DNA of 64,000 nucleotides from Selaginella moellendorffii (Eukaryota; Plantae; Lycopodiophyta): NCBI RefSeq assembly GCF_000143415.4, contig NW_003314422.1, positions 1 to 64,000 of the forward strand, read 5' to 3'. Shown piece by piece: positions 22,698 to 35,045 of this stretch (position 1 is its first letter; each line of letters starts with the position of its first letter). The notes under the pieces were generated by a model. It saw only the letters and a program-made list of their open reading frames with translations, ran no database searches and was not told where the DNA came from. The position numbers and the translations under genes were made by a program.

Positions 22698-25600
22698 ATG
22701 AGCGTGAAGATTGTGGTAGAAAGGTGAGCGCTAGGAGAAGCTAGGCTGCCCTCACCAAATCTACGTTGTTCCTTTCTAATGTATGAGCCAAAGAAGTCAA
22801 GAGTACTTGGTAAGACTTATAGAAGTGCAAGAGCAAGAGGAAAGATGAGTGAAGCAAAGATGTGAGAGAGAGGCGAGAATTCTTGTTAGAAATCCACCAC
22901 TAGTTTATGATCTTAAGAGTCCAAGAGCGAAGAGTGCAAATCCTCGGCCAAGCAGTCCTATCAGCAAGCAAGAGAACAGTCAAAAACAAGAAGATGAGTG
23001 GCAAGAGTTCCAGTCATCACCACCGCAGCAACAGCCAGTAGAGCAGTGGCAGCAGCCACCAATCCAACAAATGCAACAACCTCGGCAGCAACAAGCAAGG
23101 AATATGGTAACAATAAAGATGAAGTATACTATCTTTAATGGTATGGGAGATCCAAATGCCCATGTGATAGCATTTTAAGGATACATCCACAGTAAATGAG
23201 GAGGCAAATGCAGAAGATCATATGAAACTTTTTCCAGCCACATTATAAGGCATAGCTGCAGAATGGATGGCTCAAGTTTCAGCAGCAACAGATTGGGCAG
23301 CATTTAGGGCATCTTTTTTAGCTACCTTCTAGTTGGTAGGCTTTTCACAGTGACTCATGACTGATTTGAGTCATTTCCAACTCTTGCCGGGTGAAAGTTT
23401 ACAAAGTTATATATTAAGGTTTAAGGGATTGATCCTCAAGAAGCAGCCATAGCCAACAAAAAAGGAGCAAGCACAATACTACACAAATGGCTTGCCTCAT
23501 GCGGTTAGCTTTCATGTTTTGTGCCATAATCCACAAACCTTGGCCAATGCAATTTGTCTAGCTGGAACTTGGGAGCTAGATGAGACATCATTATAGTAAT
23601 CATGGATTGGGAGCTTTCAGCGATGGAATGATGAATTTCATGATGGGAGGACCTAGAAGCATGCCATAGCATCCAATGCCTACTAGACAATAGCCTTTTG
23701 GAGTCTTTGGAATAGGCCTTGGGATAATGGATTATATCCATTAGCAATAGCAACAATGGCAAGCTTCAATGAGTGTAGTTCCAAATCCAACACCAACTAC
23801 AGTGGACATCCAAGTAGAGATGAAGAAAATAAAGGAAGATATGACAAAAAAAATGAGTGACTTGCAATTGAACTGGGTTAGAGGGGTACAAAGCAGGCCA
23901 CAGCCCATGCGATAGTGAAAAAATTTCTGGTGTGTGTAATGCAACAATTATGGACACTACCCAAATGAGTGTCCATAGCTAGTGGTGAATTGAGAGAAGT
24001 GCCAATATTGTTGGTGAACTAATCATTTCTTGGAGGATTGTTTTTACAAGCCAGGAAATCCAGCAATCCTTGGAAGCTACATCCAGACTATGCCATCAAC
24101 ACCACTATCTTCGGCTCGAGCATTGACTTTCTTTCAATGCCCATTTTCTCATCCAGTCTAGACCATGAGCTATGAGCCGGTGATTCAAGGGTATATGCCA
24201 AATATAATCCCAGTATATGCAGCAACACCAATTCCAAGAGGCCGTGGACGAGGAGCTCCCTGTAGAGGACCTATTCAATGCTGGAATTGCAATGAGATGG
24301 GCCATATTTCACCAAACTATCCACATCCCAGGAAGCAAATTGGGTACCAGCCTATATGTGGAATCTGTCAGACATAGGGCTTGCACAAGCAAGACAATTG
24401 TCGGCATAAGCTCAAGCCAAGCAAGGGAAAGGGGGTTGTAGATAGCAATGCAATTTTTTTCCAACAAGCCACACCAAAATCTAGAGTTATAACACAGGCA
24501 CAGAGGCATCAGCAGATGGAGGAATCTGAGATTGATGATGCTAAGGAGGAGGATGACCCAAAGAAAATCGCAAGAAAAAATTGCAAGGAGAAAATAGAGA
24601 GTAAGCAGCCTAGATCAGATCCACCGGCTACAAATGACTAAGATAAACCCTAGCTAGGGCTCTTGACAAGGGCCAAGGAGTTGCCAAGGTGCTACACAAG
24701 AAGTGGAAATGAGTGCTGAATCTGGAAATGTGGCTGTACAATATTCTTCAAGATTTGGATAGTCAATGCCCAAACATCACATTTGCCCAGCTTTTGCAAT
24801 TGGCTTCAAGCATGAGGAAAGTGTTGGCCATGGCCATGAAGGAACATCGAGAAGTACTGGTTAATTCAGCTTGGCCCCTTTTCACAGATCTCAGTCCCCC
24901 CTATATAGATGTGGAAATGCAAGGCAAGCCAATCTGCTGCGCAGTGATCAACAGCGAAAGCAGGGTCAATATTTTGCCCGAGGAGACATGGCCGAAGTTC
25001 AATCTTCTGGAACCAGTTCCAGTGCCATTTATGGTTAAAATGGCCGACCAGAGACGTGTCCAGCCAAGAGGAATTGTGACTAGTGTTCGCACTCAGATTG
25101 CTGGTCTAGTTTTCCACATCGATTTCGTGGTCTTGAAGATGAAGGAGGGATGTTGGGCTATCCACTACTGCTCAGACGTCCTTGGCTTCTCCAAGTTGCA
25201 GCTGTGCATAATTGGCATACAGGGATTCTTGCCAATGGTGATGGCAATAATCGTGTTAAAGTCCAAGTTCATTTTCGCCTTAGGGCATGGCAAGTACTTG
25301 AGGCAGAACAGGAGGATGAAGACAGCTTTGATACATCCAATTCTAGCAGCCCAACAAGCAGTGAGGACAATAAAGAAGGTAGCAACAACACAGCTAGTTG
25401 TGAGGAGCTGGAAATGATTGATGTTGCTGATGTCATTAAGAATTCTTGGGGTAAGCCTCTTTTAGCATGCAACACCAAGGAGCTTGAGAGCTGGCTGTGG
25501 GGAAAGGATGGAGAGTTGCCTTTTGGCAGCGTACAGGTGGTGGAAGAAGAGACTGGTGCCAGACAGTAGTGAGGACGGAGCCCTTTTCCTCACTACATAG

Positions 25601-28600
25601 CCACGGTGCTTCACAAGAAATGGATGGATGGCATTTTGAATCTTGATGTGAGGAACAATTTTTTGAGTGAGGAACTAGTTGCCACTTGCCAGCTCAAAGC
25701 TATTCCACTGGAGCAGCCATGTTATGCTATGCAAGTAGGAGATTTGAAGCAGATCATATATAGAGTTCCAGGTTTGACGATCAAGATACTAGAATTTCCA
25801 GTCGACTCGGATTTTTTGGTGGCACCTTGGAAAATGGACAACTATATCCTGCTGGGACAAGATATTTGTAAGGCAGCAAGAGTGTCTCATCAGTGGAATG
25901 ATCCTCTTCACTTGTGGATTCCAAATCCACATGGCAATGACAGAGTGCAGATCAGCATGGAAGAAGGGAATGAGCCTAGCGAGCAAGTTTTTATCATGGT
26001 GTTGGGATCAGGAGCTGAAAATCAAGCTGTGCCAATGCCAGTGGCATTCCAGATAATGGATAGTTCTAAGGCCTGGATGGGAAGAACCAAAGCAATGCAT
26101 CTCATAGCATTTTTGGAGAATGTAGAACTCACAGCAATGGTGGACTCAGAAGCACTTGGCAACTTTTTGACAAGAAATGGAGTGGCTCGAGTAGGCTTGG
26201 CGATTACGGCTCTTCCTAAGCATTACATTGCCATTTGTGCCGATGGTGGAGTTTTTCCAGTGTTGGGTCTCATGAGTTCCAACATCATGATTGGTGATGG
26301 AGACTTTCACAAGGTGCCTTTTTATGTGATCGAGGGCATTGTGACCAGCGTACCAATTACTTTGGGAGTAGCTTGGCTTTTCCAAGTGCAAGTTAGTCAT
26401 GACTATGTGACTGGTACTTTGGTGGTGGAAGATGATAATTACTAATCTCGGACAATCATCTTGTCTAATATCAATGTGTTTGATTATCACTTTTCTTATA
26501 TGCTAAAAGTCGAGAAGGCTTTAAAGTTAAAAAGCAAGGAAGTGGCAGCATGCAAGGATCATAGTATGCTTGAGTCATCAACAACTCAGCCAATTCAGAT
26601 CATGGATGGACCTCAAGAGCTAGCTGGCTGTCAACTTTCCAAGGACGTGGTGCCAACAGCTGAGTTGGAAGCAAGAAATTATCCCAGCTATTGAAGGCAC
26701 CCCAGACATAAGCTGTGTTTATGGAGCAAGTTGGTGATGAGTGACATGAGTTACTGGTGGGACACCAGCTCACCAAGGAGGAGGTGGAAGCTTATTGTCA
26801 ACTATTTTTTGAGTTTCAAGAGATGTTTGCATGGAGCTATGCTGAACTTGCTAAAGTAGATCCAGAGCTGGTGCAACATAGGATTCCCTTGCTTCTAGAT
26901 GCAGTGCCACAACAACAAAGAGCTTATAAGATGAATTTGAGCTTGTGAAGAGCTTCAGAAGGTATTGGATGCGGGATTTATTGAAGAAGTGGATACTACA
27001 GATTGGCTTTCGCCAATTGTAATGGTCCAGAAGAAGAATGATAAACTTAGAGTGTGTGTGGATTATTGCTGCCTTAATGCTACAATGAGGCAGGATGGAT
27101 TTCCTCTTCCCTTCACAAATGTGGTGCTGGACAGGGTCACAGGGAAGGAGTTGTATAGCTTTATGGATGGTTACAGTGGCTATAACCAGATTCAAGTGGC
27201 TCCTGAGGATTGAGCAAAGACAGCATTCATTATAGAGTGGGGCTGCTATATCTTTCATGTCATGCCATTCAGTTTCACAAACGCGCCGGCTACTTTACAA
27301 CGTGTGGTGACTTTAGCATTCAAATCTCTTCTTCATGAGAGTGTGGAAGTCTTCTTCGATGACTTCTTGACTTTTGGAAGCTGCGAGAAACATCTGGAGC
27401 AGCTTCGTGCAGTGTTCCAGCAGTGCCAGAAGTTTGGTATTTCTCTTAATCTTGGGAAGTGCCAATTCGGAGTAACGCAGTGTGTTGCTTGGCAGGGTCA
27501 TCTCAGCTTGAGGCTTGGAGGTGGATCCTGCAAAAGTGAACAGTGGAGGAGCTTGAGGCACCACAGACTGTGGGGAAGCTACAAGCTTTTCTTGGCCATG
27601 TTGGTTATCACCAATGCTTTATCCGGCATTATGCCAATGTAGCTTTTCCTTTGACGAGCCTCTTGAAAAAGAACATTCCTTTTGCATGGACCTTTGAGTG
27701 CCAAGCTTCCTTTATACAGTTGAAGCGAGCCTTGATGACCACTCCAATTCTCAAGCTGCTAGACTAGAATTTGAAATTCTATGTGCATGTTTACACCTCA
27801 ACTTTTGCTATTGGTGCTGTTTTATGCCAGCCAGTTAATGGTTGGGATCATCCCATCTTTTATTTGAGTAGGCAATTATCTCTGGCTGAGAAGAATTATA
27901 CAACTACTGAATGAGAGGGCTTGGGAATGGTGTTTGCTATTACTAAATATTGCCACTATTTGTTGAGAAAGCCATTTCTCTTCTATCTGGATCACTAGGC
28001 ATTGTGCTATCTTATCAATAAGCCCTGTCGACACAGCCAAATCACTCGCTGGTTGCTTTTGCTTCAAGAATTTGAATTCGAGATCATGTTGAAGCCGGGA
28101 AAATCTCATGTGATGCCTAATCATCTTTCAAGATTACCAAGAGAACCTGCTAGGGAAGGAGTTTATGATGAGCTGCCCGATGCTCCTCTTTTCTTGTTGG
28201 AGGGAGGGCAAGTTTCTACAGAAATTCTAGATGTGTTCTCAACTCGATTAGAAGTAGTAGAGCTACTGTTATACCAGGTTGTAGCTATGCCAGAGTGGTA
28301 TCAGGGTATTGCAGAATTTCTTGCTGCTGGCAGATTTCCTAATGATATGCCAAAGGTGGTGTAGAAGAGGCTTCTTTACCAATCACGAGCTTTCACCCTG
28401 ATTGCTGGCCAACTTTATAAGGAGGGAAGAGATGGTGTTCTGAGGTGCTGCATTCTTCCTCATGAGGTGCAGCAGGTGATTGGCTCTTGCCATGATTCTC
28501 CCTATGGTGGGCATTATGCAGCAGCAGCGACTATACGCCTTGTGCTCCAAACTGGTTATTGGTGGCCAACTCTCTAGCAAGATGTGGCAAAGTTTGTGAG

Positions 28601-29590
28601 AAGTTGTGATCCATGCCAGTGTGTTGGGTGTCCTACTCGACGAGATCAATGCCGTTACATCTGATTATTCCAGCTCTACCTTTTGAGAAGTGGGGAATCG
28701 ACTTCATGGGGCTGTTCAAGCCAAAACGACATCACTAGAATCGTTATATCTTGGTTTGCATGGATTATGTGACCAAGTGGGTGGAAGCTGAAGCTTTTAC
28801 AAATGACACGGCCAAGAAGGTAGCAGGATTCCTTTACAAGAATATCATCACACGCTTCGGCTGCCCACTTGAGCTTGTGAGTGATCGAGGTACGCATTTT
28901 ATTAATGCAGTCATTGCAGCTCTCACAACCAAGTATGGCATTTCCCATCGATGCTTGACGTTGTATCATTCAAGAGCAAACGGCCAAGTTGAGAGAACCA
29001 ATAAGACATTATGCGACACTATGACCAAGCTTTGCAACGCAAGTGCCAATGATTGGGATACCAAGCTTCTTGATGCACTGTGGGCTTACAATGTTGCCTA
29101 CAAGGTAATTACACGGTTCTCACCATTCCAATTGGTTTATGGCCAGGAGGTGATCCTTCCTCTTGAGCTGGAAGTTCCTTCTTTGCGGACAGTAGTAGCT
29201 CACAATTATGATTGGGATGAAGTTGTTCAGCAGCGGCTGGAGCAGTTGGAGAAGCTGGATGAGACTCACCTCTTTGCTTTCCAAGCTCGTGAAGCTCTCC
29301 AATGTCAACACAAGAAGTGGTATAATCGTCATTTACGGGCTAAGAGTTTTCAGGCATGAGACCTTGTGCTACTATACAAGAGCAAGTACTAGAAGCATCC
29401 AGGCAAGCTTAAAATCTGCTAGATTGGACCTTATCACATGAAGGCTGTGAATATCAATGGCTCAGTCAAGTTGAAGGATTTTGTTGGCAATCCTTTGCCT
29501 ATGCCTGTGAACGGAGCACGACTGCAGTGCTATCATGTTCCATATGGAGAGGAGTGCTTTGGGGACAAAGCACAATTGTCACAGGGGTGA

Positions 29591-30058
29591 TGTTGAAGGC
29601 TAGAGCCAGCTCAAGAATAAGACTTGGTCGAAGTCGGGAGTTTTTCCTCTCTTTTTTTGGTTATAGTGAGGAATAAGGGAATATTCAGCTGGAAACAGGG
29701 TGTGTCCCTTGGTGCCAGAGGTTGACAAGAGGTGGATGGCCAATTTCCAGGCATAGCATGTATGTAGAAGTGAATGGAGTGAAATAAAAAAGAAAGTTCT
29801 TGGAAGGATGCCTTGTCCGACATGCTTAGAGCACATGGAGTGGAGGTTGGTAGTGTGATGGCAACTACAATTGTTTGAGGAGCACATCACAGTGAGAATT
29901 GCTCAAGATCAATTAATCTGTGTGAGTTGTCCAACCTATGAGCAACCTTGGGTTAGGATGTTGGCAAAGGTTTTAGCAAAGGTCGCTGACGAGGCTAGGG
30001 ACGAGGCTAGGTAGCAGTGATTCTCCACTTTGCTAGTGTGTTGTCATGAGGAGCAACA
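29591..30058 (+). repeat. 3' LTR of inner Gypsy (preceded by short PPT AGGGGTGA)
   Basis: TG...CA, homologous to the 5' LTR with an 11-nt insertion near the end. Confidence 0.95.
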
Positions 30059-31399
30059 TTAACTTTGGTTCAAGTGCCTCATGCTTGTGATTTCTTGGAG
30101 GATATGCAAAATAAACTTGAGTTGGCAAATTTGAACATGAAACAAACTCAAGAACGAAACAAGAGATTAGCTAATGATCATTATTGTTATTAAGAGTACA
30201 AAGTTGGTGACAAAATTTTCCTTAAGTTGTCAAATGCACAATAGTCTTTAAAAGGAGGTGGTAGTGCTAAGTTGTCTCCATGGTATTGTGGACCTTAAAT
30301 CTTGCTTATACTTTAGACTTGCCAACTAATTTGAAAATTTATCTAATGTTCCATATGAACAACCTTAAAGTGTGTTTGCACACTAGTGATGTCATAGATC
30401 AATCCATTATCCAGGTCCTATTTATGTCCCAGAGATTGATGCTGAGAAAGCTAATCCCCAATATTCTTGCTCAGACATTAGTGAGGATATGTTGTAATAT
30501 AACTTAAGAGTTGTTGGTTCAATGGAATGGCTATTCTATAAACAAGGTTACATGGAAAATTAAAGATGACGTGAAGAGATTATTTATGAGTTTTGGTTAG
30601 GATTTGAATGACATTTCTAATGAAGGGGAGAATTGAGTTTTATAGTCATATTGCTATATGATTTGAGCTATTTATTTATTTTCATTCTCTTATTTCCATG
30701 ACCGTGTTATCATGTGAGAAAGCTGTATTGCTTTCTTTCTTTTGTGGTTATTTATCATGATGTTAATGTTGTGGTTTGCACATTTTTTTTCCATAGCCGT
30801 ATTGCCTTCCCTTCATATAAAGCTTGTTTAGTTTCTTGAGGCTAGTTCATGAGGGAGGGGAGAATGATATAAACCATAGGAATATTCTGATATTTTATGA
30901 AGGCTAAGGGTTGGGAGGTTGGCCTATGGTTCACTCCTTATTTGTTTCAATATCCATATATAGGTGTTGAGATTGAAGTACAATCCTCCATCTGAAAGCA
31001 TTTATCAATACATTATAGGCTCTTTATAAAGGTCATGAGGGCCCACACAGGGCATCGACCTATAATTTGTGTAGAAGATGCCTTCACTTGAGCAAGTGGA
31101 GTGTCTTCACTTGAGGCAAGGTGTTTTGATGATGTTGTATGTATCTAGAGTTTTGTTTGAAGTTGGTGACAGTCTGGTTCAAGAATGGCCAGCAGCTTAT
31201 TGCAAAGGCATGATGCACTGTCGCGGTCAAACAAGGATGTCCCACTCTCTTCAGTTTTTAGACACTCATTCGAAAACAGGATTTATCATAAATTCATATG
31301 GCTAAACTCTACATATATCTCCTCCTCTATGCTGATAATTTACTTCTGTTCTCAACAGGCTTATAACACCAAGTTCACCACTTAGTAAGGTTCTGTTGC

Positions 31400-32130
31400 C
31401 TTACTGGCTTGTCTGTAAATCTCACAAAAACACAGACCATGATCCTTGGTCAAGTTGATCACAACAACATGAATGATGGTGATCTTCACTATGAAAACCA
31501 AGTGCTTGTTCGTGTTGAGAAATACAAGTACCTTGGTTACATGGTGCACACTAGGGATCCCTGGAAGATAGGAACAGCATAAAGAATTCAAGCTGCCACC
31601 AATGCTTACTACGCACTCCAAAGTTATCTCAAACAAGTTGGCATCTTTTGATGGGACGCTGCAGGCAATATTATCACACCAAAGTCATCACAGTATTGAC
31701 ATATGGAGGTGAGGTTTAGGACCTTGGCTTGCCAAAAGCTGTATGGAAGAAAATGGAGCAACTAAATTGCTAGTTTCTCAATGCTACGTTTGGATGCAAC
31801 AAGGTGCCCATTGGGATCATGATCATGGAATCTGGTATACTCCCAATTGAGGTCTACATGTGGAGGAACACAATACAGTACCTTCTGAATCTGATAGGCC
31901 AAAAGTGAGAGAAAATGGTTCAATATGCTATCTCCAACTCCATTGAGCTTGCAAGACACAACTGGATAAGGGTGGTTTCACACAAATGAACAACATGTCT
32001 TGGAATGGATCTTGACACTTTGCTTGACCTATGTTCCAGCACAATGGCTTCAATGAGCATTTTGAATGGTGGCTCCAAGGTGCAGATCATGATCAAAAGT
32101 TCCACCACTACCTCTCCACGGTCAACATGG
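31400..32130 (+). mobile_element. LINE RT C-terminal fragment (RTE/RTEX-like)
   Basis: LVRVEKYKYLGY...RIQAATNAYYALQSYL...VLTYGGEV*. Confidence 0.65.
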
Positions 32131-32139
32131 ATCAAGGTG

Positions 32140-34620
32140 GGAATCTATCTTTGTTATTGACAGATTCACCAAGTCAGACATGTTCTTTGTGTTGAGGGAG
32201 TGGCACTGTGAAGCGATCAGCAGGTTGTAAGCTATGCAATCTTGGACAAAGTGTTGAACAGTTTTGATTGCTTGAGTGCATAAGTACCCTCCCTTGACAT
32301 TTTGCATCCAACCTCAGAGTGAAGATGATGCTGGCCTGTTCTGTATAGTGGGAAAATTCTACAATGTTCTGTCCCATGGGCATGTGCGGTTTTAGGGCTT
32401 GGGATTAGGGTGTACGGGTTGGCCTCTTGGATACTATGCTAGTATGCTTGTATAGGTGTTCAATTGCATTGACCAGTGCATTTAATTTCCAGAGTCTCCA
32501 GAAGAGCTACAGTAACAAATGCTTTACTGAAATCAACAAAACAAAAAAGAGTTGCTTTTGTTTTGCGAATTTTTCATACAATATGCGTAGCATAATGAAA
32601 TGATCTGTGCAGCCATTCTGTGGTCTAAATCCTGCCTGGCCGACAGCTCGTTTGGAGTTGAGTTCACTCCATAATACAAGATGATACTCAAGAATGCTTG
32701 CAAATAATGGAGCTCACCATGATAGTGCGATAATTTTCAGGTGGCCTAGGATCACCAGACTTGTGGATTGGAAAACACGGTTAATTGTCCATTCAACACT
32801 GTTCGCACGTTAAAAAAAATTGGCGGAAGTATTTTCAAGGGGAAGATCATGTCACAAACTTGGCATCATTAAAGTCTCTATGGCTCCAAGGATTTAGTCT
32901 TCTCTAAAATGAAGTATTCGTGAGCATTGTCAGGGACAATTTGGTCTCGAGACTGTTGGCTGTAGAGTTGCTTGTCGGCAAGGAGAATAGGTTTTGCAAG
33001 CTAAAGCTTTTTGTGGTGTAGTGCTTGGCGTACATTCTCGAGATTCTTCTTGAGGCAGTGGCGATGTTGCTTCCATTTGCATAGCAGGCAGAATTGTTGC
33101 TGAATGTCTGCTGCATCAGGTGCACCCTCTCATGTTTTACGCTTTTTGAGGTGATGTAGTCTCTAGGGAATCTGCCAGCTTGTTTGGTAGTGTTCTGTGG
33201 GAAGGTGTACTGAGCAGTTGTAGTGGCACGAAGGAGGAGTGCATCATGTTCCTCTAGTCGGTTTCTTCACTCGTTCACTGTAGAGTGGGTTATGTTATGG
33301 TGGTAAAACAATTCCAAGTGGGTAGTGATCTGAGACCCAGGGGTCTGGAAGTTTGTTGTGTGTGGGTTGAGTTCCAGACTTGTGAGTGCATAGTCAACAA
33401 CGCTGGTAGTATAGCAGGTGTAATTTGTTGTGTCTGGCCACTTCGAGTTGCCATTTAAGATCTGGAGGCACACAACATCAGTGAGTTGTAGAATTTGCTT
33501 CCCTGCTCTATTGAGAATTGTGTCTTCAGAGTGCCGGGTATGCAACTCGGCTGGCAGTCTGTTCGAGCATTAAAGTCCCCAAGGACGACAGTGGAATTAA
33601 GTTGGTGTTTCATAAGGCAATTGAGGAGACTTGATTGTATGAGGACCCAGGCAAGGGGGAAATAACGATCAGGTATTCATCAGAGATGGAGCTGGTTGTG
33701 TACATATGCTGTTACTCTTCCATTGCCGCGGGGAGTGCCAGAGCATAGCCTGGCAGTTGAGGCAGGTGGAATGATGCTCCCACGTCTCACCAAACCCAGC
33801 AATGTCATCCATTCTAGCAAGCCATTCCAACGTGTGGCAAATTGAGGGCATATTTCTGGATACCTAATGTTCTTGCCCTATTTGTACAAGTTAGAAAGGT
33901 TTAAAGTAACGAAGTGCAGTCGTGGCCTCACAACAACACAACCAAGCCATCACCAGCAACTACCACAGGTGATCACAACTCCCGATTCCAAACCATGCAT
34001 TGTTTGTAGTGACTTATTTCTAGAGAAAGTCTGAGGAGTGCAAGATCAGCTGAGCTGTTTTTGGATTTCTACTCTTGTATGTCTTGTATGTTTTGCTGGG
34101 AACATCTCCAATCGTTTCTCCTCGGCAACCCCACTGGCTGGCACCTGCAAGGATTGCATCAGTATTGTGGCCACAGGGAGGAGGGGCTGTCGTTTTATCT
34201 GCAGTTCGTTGCCAAGGTTCTGAATGCTGGTGTCGACGGAAGTTGGTGAGTCGGTGAGTAACTTTTTTGGTTGTGGTCCTCTGTTGACTGGAAGTTTGAG
34301 GAGAAGGTAATCAAGTTCCTCCTGGACTTGTGCTTTGTATTTGTATGACCGATTTTGATTTTTGCTGTCGTTTGCCTTTTGGAGTGAAGTGCACTTTTTC
34401 GACTTTTTCTAGTACCAGCGAGTCCACAATAGTCTCCCAAGGATCGTCAGGATTTTCAGCTGCCAGAAATATAATCAGGAACATACCATCTGGAGACTTG
34501 CCTTGCTTAAACAGCCTTTCCGTAAAGGCTGTTTAAGCTCTCGAGTTTCTTTCTGTAAACGTTGTTGAAGCTCTTGACTTTCTTCCTCTCATGCATAAAT
34601 CGCTCATGGTCGTATCGCTG
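32140..34620 (-). mobile_element. Decayed LINE (ORF1 remnant, APE endonuclease, RT N-terminal half, C-terminal Cys/His remnant)
   Basis: GFGETW; VVLGDFNART; SEDTILNRAGKQIL...LQILNG...NYTCY..SVVDY; PENYRTIMV...CFVDFSKAF; CTQAIKTVQHFVQDCIAY. Confidence 0.8.
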
Positions 34621-35045
34621 AAGCTCAAGTATTCGTGTCTGAGTCTCAAGGGAACCCAATTTCGTCTCCAATGGAGCCCTTTATTTCAGCATAAAAGATA
34701 GCTGAAACTTTGAAAGATTAAATTAATCAATTTAAAATTTAAATTACCATTAAAATAAAATCATTCTTTAATCTTATATAAAAAATTTAGGATTACAGAA
34801 TATTCGTCTTATCGACAAAACAGGATAGCGAATATTCTTCTAACTGACAAAACAGGAATAAAGAATATCCTTCTTATTGACAAAACAGTGTGGTTGTAGT
34901 ACTTTCGTCGGCCAAGCGTTCGATGCGCTGATCCAGACGCTAAAATGTACACACAGCCACATACACACACAGACACACACACACACAGACACTTATATTA
35001 CACGTGACCGACGATCCATCGCATTGCCACTGAGATCATCGCCTC

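Larger units (their letters stand above)
22213..30058 (+). mobile_element. Inner full-length but decayed non-chromovirus Ty3/Gypsy LTR retrotransposon (gag-PR-RT-RH-IN)
   Basis: Paired LTRs, TSD TTAAT/TTAAC, PBS and PPT. Gag FNGMGDPNAHV; RT WLSPIVMVQKKNDKLRVCVDY...FMDGYSGYNQI...FFDDF; RNase H SRQLSLAEKNYTTTE*EGL; IN YVTKWVEA...RFGCPLELVSDRGTHF. Many stops and frameshifts. Confidence 0.95.
20370..30632 (+). mobile_element. Outer decayed Ty3/Gypsy chromovirus pol (RT, integrase, chromodomain), interrupted by insertions
   Basis: RT ...KIAFQTRMSYYKFLVMPFDLTNALTTFQR...DYFDDILV (~20460-20630); integrase core LYGLPSDNVSD*NPKFTSKFW (~21890). After 30060: KLSPWYCGP, AYTLDLPTNLKIYLMFH, chromodomain-like LVQWNGYSINKVTW, and a purine tract AAGGGGAGAA at ~30623. 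Confidence 0.8.

Noticed and set aside
30633-31100. 3' LTR of the outer chromovirus
   Set aside because: Two candidate PPTs (~30623, ~30851) and only weak similarity near 20320; no matching 5' LTR could be delimited.
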